The notes beneath the pieces were generated by a model. That model searched no databases. It had not been told where the DNA came from and worked only from the letters and a program-made list of their open reading frames with translations. Shown one piece after another: positions 57,351 to 64,000 of a stretch of DNA of 64,000 nucleotides. Numbering within the stretch: the stretch's first letter is position 1; each line of letters starts with the position of its first letter. The position numbers and the translations under genes are program-made. Origin of the DNA: Candidatus Hodarchaeota archaeon (GTDB lineage Archaea > Asgardarchaeota > Lokiarchaeia > Sigyniarchaeales > SOKP01). The stretch spans positions 160,001 through 224,000 of the forward strand of contig JBHLJY010000001.1 of the NCBI GenBank assembly GCA_048887225.1, written 5' to 3'.

Positions 57351-58328
57351 TTAAATTTTAAAGATCAAATTATTTTTTCGTTTAATTTTATTTTCTATTT
57401 CTAATTTAATCAAATGGCTCTCAATAATGGCAACACCTGGAAAGATCTGACCAAGTTTCGTTTTATAAAACAATTTTATTAACTCTAAAATTGTATGGGG
57501 CTTTTTTTCTAAATTCTTTAAAATAATATCATCTTTAATCATAATTTTAGAGCGGATTTGATTAATTCTTTCTTTGACATTATATAATTTACTTCCATGG
57601 GAGGGATAGATGTATTCAATGGGGTGCTTTTCCACTTTTTCTAAACTTGACAAATATCCTATAGCTCCGCCCGAGCTGGGTGAATACCAAGCGGTCCCAA
57701 ATTCACCAATGAGGTCTCCAGAGAGTAGAAACTTATGATTAAGTTCATAAAATGAGGTATGCCCTGGTGCATGTCCTGGTGTGGTTAATACCTTAAACTT
57801 ATAATTACCCAGTTTCAAAATATCATTCTCTTTAATAGTCTGAATGTAAGCATCTTCTGGGAGTTGCGACATTGCACAATATGTTTTAAAATTTCGGTTT
57901 ATATCAAGTCTTCTTCCACTATTATCTCTCTGGGACCGAGAACTACTCACTAAAAATTCTAGCTCTGATTCAAAATATTTCTCCAATAGATCCATATCAA
58001 AAGAACTATTCAACAATTCAATATTTAAGGCGCTATCCTTTTCTATCTCGTTAATGATAATTTTGACATCGCTAGGATTGATATTTTCATAAATTGCGTC
58101 CATACCACCCATATGATCGGGATGAGCATGAGAAATAACGATGGTATGAATATCATTCAACTTTAAACTTAATTCATCCAATTTCTTGAACAGTTTTTTT
58201 GTAAATTTTTTCAATCCACATCCCACTTCAATTAAAACAACACCATCTTCATCCTTTATTACAAAAATATTTGCTGAAGCAGGCCACATTGGTTTATTGG
58301 CTTTTATGAAAAAAAAATCTTTGTTCAT
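57351..58328 (-). CDS. MBL-fold metallo-hydrolase
   Basis: SHAHPDHMGG, TPGHAPGH, SGD, PSHG. Confidence 0.92.
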   Translation of the reverse strand: MNKDFFFIKANKPMWPASANIFVIKDEDGVVLIEVGCGLKKFTKKLFKKLDELSLKLNDIHTIVISHAHPDHMGGMDAIYENINPSDVKIIINEIEKDSALNIELLNSSFDMDLLEKYFESELEFLVSSSRSQRDNSGRRLDINRNFKTYCAMSQLPEDAYIQTIKENDILKLGNYKFKVLTTPGHAPGHTSFYELNHKFLLSGDLIGEFGTAWYSPSSGGAIGYLSSLEKVEKHPIEYIYPSHGSKLYNVKERINQIRSKIMIKDDIILKNLEKKPHTILELIKLFYKTKLGQIFPGVAIIESHLIKLEIENKIKRKNNLIFKI

Positions 58329-58483
58329 AATTTATTGAATTATTAGAAATTTAATTTGATTTGTAAAAATTCAAAATATTCTTTGTTGGAATATTATTTG
58401 TATATTATATTGATATTTATCCCTATATCTTAATTTTAAAATTAAAAAACAATATTTTTAAAATAAAAGGTGTTAAGAAGGAA

Positions 58484-58645
58484 ATGAAATTAATAACTTG
58501 TCACCTTCCGGAGGCATATTTAGCGGGTATAGAAGAATTAGTTAATTTAAATGTATATCCAAATCGTTCGGAGGTCATTCGAGTCGCTATACGTGATTTA
58601 CTCAAAAGCGAGCTCTCGTCAATAATTCAGAAGCCACATGAATAA
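58484..58645 (+). CDS. Ribbon-helix-helix (CopG-like) regulator, 53 aa; not in ORF track
   Basis: MKLITCHLPEAYLAGIEELVNLNVYPNRSEVIRVAIRDLLKSELSSIIQKPHE; AGGTG upstream. Confidence 0.85.
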   Translation: MKLITCHLPEAYLAGIEELVNLNVYPNRSEVIRVAIRDLLKSELSSIIQKPHE

Positions 58646-58789
58646 CACCTTCTGGAGGCAGATTTAGCGGATATCGAAGAATTAGTTAGCTTAAATATAT
58701 ATCCAAATCTTTCGGAGGTTAATAGGATCGCTATATGCAGTTTACTCAAGAGAGAGCTCTCGTCAATTATTCTGAAGTCATAAGAATGA
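58646..58789 (+). pseudogene. Degenerate tandem duplicate of the RHH gene, lacking the first 6 codons
   Basis: 144-nt copy of 58502-58645 with 25 substitutions by manual count (~83% identity), no indels, no start codon, stop at 58781-58783. Confidence 0.85.
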
Positions 58790-59045
58790 GAAAATTATTT
58801 TTTTCTATTTTTCTTTTTTTAATAGTGTTAAATGATAAAAAAAAGGGATTTTAGAAAGAATTTCTTGAGTTACTTAGAAGATCGAACGCTTTTAAACATT
58901 TGAAAGAAAATAATTTTACATCATTGAAATTTTTTATCATATTTTCAGAATTTGAATCAGACATTCTAATTGGAATATTTTCCATTTCGTGTTCCCTCTG
59001 AATCGCTTCTAAAGATTTTTTTAATACAGATTATTTATTGATTTA

Positions 59046-59918
59046 ATGACTTTTTCGCATTACGACTTTGAATATGTTGATATACACACTCATTTTTTTC
59101 CACCTCAGATATTTGATGCAATATGGAACTTTTTTGAAATGCCCAACGATGATGGCACCCAACAAGGGTGGGTTATTAAATATAAACTCTCAACAGAAGA
59201 AATCGTACAGTTTCTTGAAAATAAAAATGTAAAGGCATTTACCACATATAACTATGCCCATAAGAAAGGAGTAGCAGAATATATAAATAATTGGACAATA
59301 AATTTAATAAAGACTTATAAGAATACCATTCCATTTGGATGCGTGTGGCCCGAAGATGGAAATCGAGTTGAATATGTGGGAAAATTATTTGATGAGCATA
59401 ATTTTGTTGGCTTGAAAGTCCAGCCCCTCGTCCAGAATTTTTATCCTTCTGATGAGCGAATGACCCCCATATATGATTTAATCGTAGATAAGGGTAAATG
59501 GTACGCAATTCATGCGGGTACGGCACCATATTCAAATAAGTATTTAGGGTATAATACTTTTGTTAAATTAATCGAGAAATATCCAAATATGAATGTAATT
59601 GTAGCTCATATGGGTGCTTACGAATTTAAAAGGTTTTTTAGCCTACTTGATAAGTATGAAAACATTTATTTGGATACTGCTATGGTTTATATTCCAAGAA
59701 ATATATTTGAAAAATGGAAAAAAAATATAGAGCTCCCAAAACCAGAAGTTTTATTATCCTATCAAGATCGAATATTATACGGGAGCGATTTTCCTAATAT
59801 ACCCTATGAATATGAGCGTTCCACAAAAGAATTATTTGAGTTAGGCATGCCAAGAAGTTTTTACGAAGATATTTTTTACAAAAATGCTAAGAAATTATTT
59901 AATATCTATTTACAATAA
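59046..59918 (+). CDS. Amidohydrolase_2 family metal-dependent hydrolase
   Basis: DIHTH, GLK, IHAG, AHMG, YLDTA, YGSDFP. Confidence 0.92.
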   Translation: MTFSHYDFEYVDIHTHFFPPQIFDAIWNFFEMPNDDGTQQGWVIKYKLSTEEIVQFLENKNVKAFTTYNYAHKKGVAEYINNWTINLIKTYKNTIPFGCVWPEDGNRVEYVGKLFDEHNFVGLKVQPLVQNFYPSDERMTPIYDLIVDKGKWYAIHAGTAPYSNKYLGYNTFVKLIEKYPNMNVIVAHMGAYEFKRFFSLLDKYENIYLDTAMVYIPRNIFEKWKKNIELPKPEVLLSYQDRILYGSDFPNIPYEYERSTKELFELGMPRSFYEDIFYKNAKKLFNIYLQ

Positions 59919-59940
59919 AAATCTAAGTTATTAATCAATT

Positions 59941-60435
59941 ATGAGAAAAATAAGTAAAGAAGATAAATTGTTTTATTTCGAGCGGAATTTTTTCACATTA
60001 GATGGGTTGTGGATGATTGAGACAGAAAAAGAAACAAATTGGGAGACTGCGTTGAAAATTGATGTAGCTGTTTGGAAGAAACTATTAAATATAATTATTC
60101 GCCGAATTAAGAAATATTTAAAAATAGAAACAAATACACTCAAAGATTTAGTTGATATACTAACTTTTAGGTGGTCGATCGAAGGATGGAAATATAATAT
60201 TTTAAAAAATGAGGAAAGTGAAGCTCTAATTGAAATTTATGGATGCCCATATAAATCTACAATGGATAGAAACCCAAAACGACACGATAAAATTCATTCA
60301 ATATGCCGTGATATGTGCATCCCATTTTATAAGGAGGTCACTCAGGATTTTAATCCAAAAATCAAATTAGAAAGAAATAAATCAATGGGATTAGGTAGTA
60401 ACGCTTGTGATTTTCATTTTAAATTAAAAGCGTAA
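59941..60435 (+). CDS. DUF6125/ATC-hydrolase-like protein (V4R/H-NOX-related fold)
   Basis: FFTLDGLW, GCPY, ICRDMC, CDFHF. Confidence 0.7.
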   Translation: MRKISKEDKLFYFERNFFTLDGLWMIETEKETNWETALKIDVAVWKKLLNIIIRRIKKYLKIETNTLKDLVDILTFRWSIEGWKYNILKNEESEALIEIYGCPYKSTMDRNPKRHDKIHSICRDMCIPFYKEVTQDFNPKIKLERNKSMGLGSNACDFHFKLKA

Positions 60436-60451
60436 AAAAAATGTGAATATT

Positions 60452-62329
60452 TTAGTTGATTTGATACCTACTATAGATGTTTTTAAAATGATTTATTTGA
60501 TTTTTAGTATTTAATACAATTATATCACGGCTATCTTTTGTAATTCCATAGAGGGTAAATATCATATCATCAATTTCCCTGTACAATTGATAAACATTCT
60601 CATTCGCTATACCTTCATTAATTTCTAAATATTTAATAATCTCGTCTACTCTTTTAATAATTTCAGTTTTTATATCCTCATCCGGCCTTTTTATAGGAAG
60701 GTGTCTAATCATATACTGATTTAAATTAATTGTGGTGCCTTTTTGATTATTTATCCCGTAAATGCAATAAAATTGAATTAGAACGCCATTAAGATAAGCG
60801 CATAAACATTTTAATTCATCAATATCATCATGAAGTAATGAATATATCGATGATGTAAAGCAAACATTATCTTCGGTATAAAGTGCCTCAGGAATTATGT
60901 TATTATGCTTAATTAATAGTTTAGGTGAGGTGTAAAACTCATAATTTTCACCTTTTAATATTTTGGCATCAATTTCCTCAATATTAAACGATTTATTTTT
61001 TTTTATGTAATAATAGCTGAAATCGTCCTTCGCACCAATAAAAAAGCAAGTACCATTCGTATCCTTGTTAACAATTTTTTTAACATGTTTTAAACCTTTA
61101 TCTTCTTCGCCACGTATCATTTTCGGAAAATCTTTAATATTCAAATAATTCAAATTTCCACATTTTTCGATTTTATTTATTAAACGATATATTTGAGACG
61201 TAGTTTTTATTCGAATTCTATTTAATTTAGTTGTATTAAAACCACAATAAGGACAGCTCTTATTGAAGGTATACACAAAAATTTTTTTCGATTTTGCACA
61301 AAGCGGACAGTTAGAATTAAAACACATTCTTAGAGAATCAAAATTTTGATTTTTATAGGATATAATTTCCCTTTTCGGATAATTATAAATTCTTAAATTC
61401 TTAATTTTATGGTCCTTATTTTCGAATAATACGATCTGTACTTCGTTTGTCGCATTTTTAAAGAGATTTGGCCCAATATCAAATATTTTTAAAATATTTG
61501 CATACGACAAAAGCTTATTTCTAAATTTAGTATAACCCTGTCTCAAGAGAAAACTTTTAGGAACCAAAAAACCTATTACTCCTTTACTCCAAAGGAGAGC
61601 CTTTAAAAGGAAGGAGCAATAAATCTCGTTGTAATAGATCTCCTCTTTTTTTAAAAGCTCTTTGTCAAATTTAGTCAGAATATTTCCGTAGGGGGGATTG
61701 CCAATTATGATGTCAAAATTTTGTAATATTGGAGTTTTTAGACTATTTTTTACTTTTAAATTTGATTTTAGTATCGAAATTGTATGAGAGAAATTGAAAT
61801 TACTTTTATTATAAAACCAAGCAAATAATTTTAATAAACATAATTTAATAGCATACTCATTAATATCAAATCCGTAGATATTTTTTAATATTTGAGTTTT
61901 AATATGAGAATCTAATTGGGGATTAATTTTTTTGAGTAAATTGTAAACCAGATCAATTGCGCTTAAAAGAAATACGCCTGAACCACACGATGGATCACAT
62001 ATTGTCGTATTTATTAAAATTTCATAGATTTGATTCTTTAATAATGAATTTAATTTAAAAATATCTTCAATTTTTATAAGTATATTCTCTCCCAACTTCT
62101 TGTTTAGGAACAGAATTAAAGCTTCTGAAAAGATAAAGTTTGATATTTGTTTATTTGTATAATAAACGCCTTCTTTTTTTATCTCGTGATAACTTTTTAA
62201 GAATGAGTTTTCGGATAATTCAATTAGTTTAAAACAATTTTTTATCTCACAACTATTATTATTTTGTATTGCTACATCAAAAAAATCAAAAAGTTTCTCT
62301 AAATTTTGAAAATCTTTCAGTTTATTCAT
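60452..62329 (-). CDS. N6-adenine DNA methyltransferase (Eco57I/TaqI gamma class) with target-recognition domain
   Basis: GVYYT, DPSCGSGVFL, GFDIN, IGNPPY; C-terminal TaqI_C-like PKLLI..YLNG..LPI. Confidence 0.9.
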   Translation of the reverse strand: MNKLKDFQNLEKLFDFFDVAIQNNNSCEIKNCFKLIELSENSFLKSYHEIKKEGVYYTNKQISNFIFSEALILFLNKKLGENILIKIEDIFKLNSLLKNQIYEILINTTICDPSCGSGVFLLSAIDLVYNLLKKINPQLDSHIKTQILKNIYGFDINEYAIKLCLLKLFAWFYNKSNFNFSHTISILKSNLKVKNSLKTPILQNFDIIIGNPPYGNILTKFDKELLKKEEIYYNEIYCSFLLKALLWSKGVIGFLVPKSFLLRQGYTKFRNKLLSYANILKIFDIGPNLFKNATNEVQIVLFENKDHKIKNLRIYNYPKREIISYKNQNFDSLRMCFNSNCPLCAKSKKIFVYTFNKSCPYCGFNTTKLNRIRIKTTSQIYRLINKIEKCGNLNYLNIKDFPKMIRGEEDKGLKHVKKIVNKDTNGTCFFIGAKDDFSYYYIKKNKSFNIEEIDAKILKGENYEFYTSPKLLIKHNNIIPEALYTEDNVCFTSSIYSLLHDDIDELKCLCAYLNGVLIQFYCIYGINNQKGTTINLNQYMIRHLPIKRPDEDIKTEIIKRVDEIIKYLEINEGIANENVYQLYREIDDMIFTLYGITKDSRDIIVLNTKNQINHFKNIYSRYQIN

Positions 62330-62469
62330 CCTTAAATTATTGGTATTTATTTAATTCAAAATTTTGTCGGGTTAATTAAGATGTTAGTTTTAATCTGGAA
62401 AACATTACTTTCTTTTACTTTATTTTCTCTATATTTTTATAGGTTTATTTACTATATATTATTGGTGCC

Positions 62470-62961
62470 ATGAAAAAAAAGGAAAAAGTTGAGGATTATC
62501 ATGGAGTTGCTCCTATCCAATCTGTTATTAAGAAAATGAAAAAAGATTACGATAAAGATCCAGTAGATTGGAGAATCATTGGTTCAAAAGATAATAAAGG
62601 TAACTATGATACATTTCTGACAAAAAAGCCTAATGCATACTGGCTTAAGTCAAAGCAACTAAGTCCATTTTCTGCTTTATCTATGGGCACTATAGTGAGA
62701 AAGATTGACCAAGATATCGATGAGCAAATAGGAAAAAAATTAACTGCAGAAGATATGCTAAGATTATTTGGGATGGTGGTACCAATAAAAAAAGATAAAA
62801 GTATAATAGCCGCGGGGATTGAAAAATTTTCTCAATTTCATGGAGATTATTTAAAAAAAATAATTCATGAGAGAGATTCGAATTTAGGCTATCAAATGGC
62901 TAAGCGGATTGATGAAGAGTTTACAAAAAAATATCCGCAGAGAAAAGGACTATATATATAA
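62470..62961 (+). CDS. Hypothetical protein
   Basis: 163-aa ORF with ATG and GGTG upstream; no recognised motif. Confidence 0.7.
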   Translation: MKKKEKVEDYHGVAPIQSVIKKMKKDYDKDPVDWRIIGSKDNKGNYDTFLTKKPNAYWLKSKQLSPFSALSMGTIVRKIDQDIDEQIGKKLTAEDMLRLFGMVVPIKKDKSIIAAGIEKFSQFHGDYLKKIIHERDSNLGYQMAKRIDEEFTKKYPQRKGLYI

Positions 62962-63378
62962 TTATAACTTATCCTTTAAAGTTTGTAGTCCAGCTTTATC
63001 TTTAATAATCGGAAGATTTGCAGAATACTGGTTAAAATTGTTAATTAATTCTGCTATTAGACCGTTAATTTTTTCTGGACCCGACTTTGAATCTAGAGAT
63101 TTAGCAAAATCTTTCAATTTATTTACATTTAAATCTTCAACATAGAAAGAGACTCCTTTAGTTAATTCTTCAAGAAGGAATTGATAGGATAAATCTGCAC
63201 CTCTTTCGGTTTTCATTAAAGGCTCGTCAGGTTCTTCGAAAGTATATGAAACTTCCGTCCATCGTGAGCAATCAGGATCATTTGGAACCATTCCGAAGAT
63301 ATAATCGTTTGTATAGATCCAGAAAGGAATTCCATTATCATAGGATGAATCAATAATATTTTTAAATTCTTCCGCCAT
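62962..63378 (-). CDS. Hypothetical protein
   Basis: 138-aa ORF; its stop directly abuts that of the convergent gene. Confidence 0.7.
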   Translation of the reverse strand: MAEEFKNIIDSSYDNGIPFWIYTNDYIFGMVPNDPDCSRWTEVSYTFEEPDEPLMKTERGADLSYQFLLEELTKGVSFYVEDLNVNKLKDFAKSLDSKSGPEKINGLIAELINNFNQYSANLPIIKDKAGLQTLKDKL

Positions 63379-63532
63379 ATTATTGACCTACTTATTTTTT
63401 TTCTTTAAATTTTATTTTGTATATTATTATAATATTAGTTATATAAAAAATTTTCAAAATAATTTCTTTAATTTGATTTTATTCTCATTATTATGAATGA
63501 ATTTTAAATAAATCGAAGAATTAAAGTTTTAT

Positions 63533-64000
63533 ATGCGCGTATTAGATTATAGATTATTGATTTTAGAGATTCAAAAATGGATAAAAGATTATGTAATGTC
63601 TGCAAATGCTGAAGGTGTTATATTAGGGTTAAGTGGTGGTGTTGATAGTGCAACTATAGCAGCTTTATCTGTAAATGCTTTAGGAAAAGAGAAAGTTATT
63701 GGATTAGGACTACCTATTGAATCAATACCACAAGATCTTGAGGATGGAAAAATGATTGCTGAGTATTTAGGTATAAAATTTATAATAATGGATCTCACTT
63801 CAGTATATAAGGAGTTTTTAAAAATTCTACCATCTAATTTTGATACAAAGAGGATGGCGATGGCAAATATTAAGCCTCGCTTAAGAATGACACTGCTTTA
63901 TTATGTTGGACAATCACTTGGAACATATCTCGTAGTGGGGACTGGAAATAGATCTGAATTAGCCATTGGTTATTTTACTAAATATGGTGATGGAGGAGTT
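63533..64000 (+). CDS. nadE: NH3-dependent NAD+ synthetase, truncated by the window edge
   Basis: MRVLDY..VILGLSGGVDSA..ANIKPRLRM..GTGNRSELAIGYFTKYGDGG read directly from the DNA. Confidence 0.95.
   Translation, partial: MRVLDYRLLILEIQKWIKDYVMSANAEGVILGLSGGVDSATIAALSVNALGKEKVIGLGLPIESIPQDLEDGKMIAEYLGIKFIIMDLTSVYKEFLKILPSNFDTKRMAMANIKPRLRMTLLYYVGQSLGTYLVVGTGNRSELAIGYFTKYGDGGV

Noticed and set aside
58502-58789. Diversity-generating retroelement TR/VR pair
   Set aside because: Mismatches between the two 144-nt copies involve all four bases in both copies rather than adenines only, and no reverse transcriptase is present in the window
1548-63798. Short antisense/overlapping ORFs in the track (e.g. 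7626-8072, 10196-10651, 24609-25052, 52684-53103, 63589-63798)
   Set aside because: They lie within or opposite well-supported genes, have shadow-ORF composition (S/F/L/I-rich) and show no motifs

Overview
A very AT-rich, gene-dense archaeal chromosomal window, most likely from an Asgard archaeon of the Lokiarchaeia (Promethearchaeota). The taxonomy is inferred from gene content: archaeal RadA, tRNA-splicing endonuclease, archaeal-type CdhA, split PurS/Q/L, plus two multidomain small GTPases, a V4R protein and RING-type fingers. I saw no rRNA, tRNA, CRISPR array, transposase, integrase or intein. Layout: (1) 2-13.4 kb, a cluster rich in eukaryote-like signature proteins (SNAP/TPR-like helical protein, vWA + two C4HC3 fingers, HhH-GTPase-roadblock fusion, longin-like-GTPase fusion next to a V4R protein, a WTxEEL-repeat protein), interleaved with a stand-alone MtrH-like gene and an orphan cdhA. 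(2) 14.7-20.6 kb, an alpha-glucan/NDP-sugar module (GalT-like, NDP-sugar pyrophosphorylase, GH57 branching enzyme, catalytically degenerate phosphomutase). (3) radA, endA and housekeeping genes. (4) A 2-hydroxyacyl-CoA dehydratase + activase system. (5) glmU/glmS/nagB/glmM. (6) An alkyl-DHAP-synthase-like flavoprotein + CCG Fe-S protein + FGGY kinase operon. (7) purC, purSQL. (8) PadR/Hsp20, hydrolases, an orphan adenine methyltransferase and a partial nadE. Reading the DNA directly added several things the ORF track misses: two small genes (55554-55745 and 58484-58645), a decayed in-frame tandem copy of an RHH gene, and three genes that appear to start at ATA (or ATT) behind an AGGTG/GGTGA Shine-Dalgarno. 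All family calls come from motif recognition by eye; no database searches were run.
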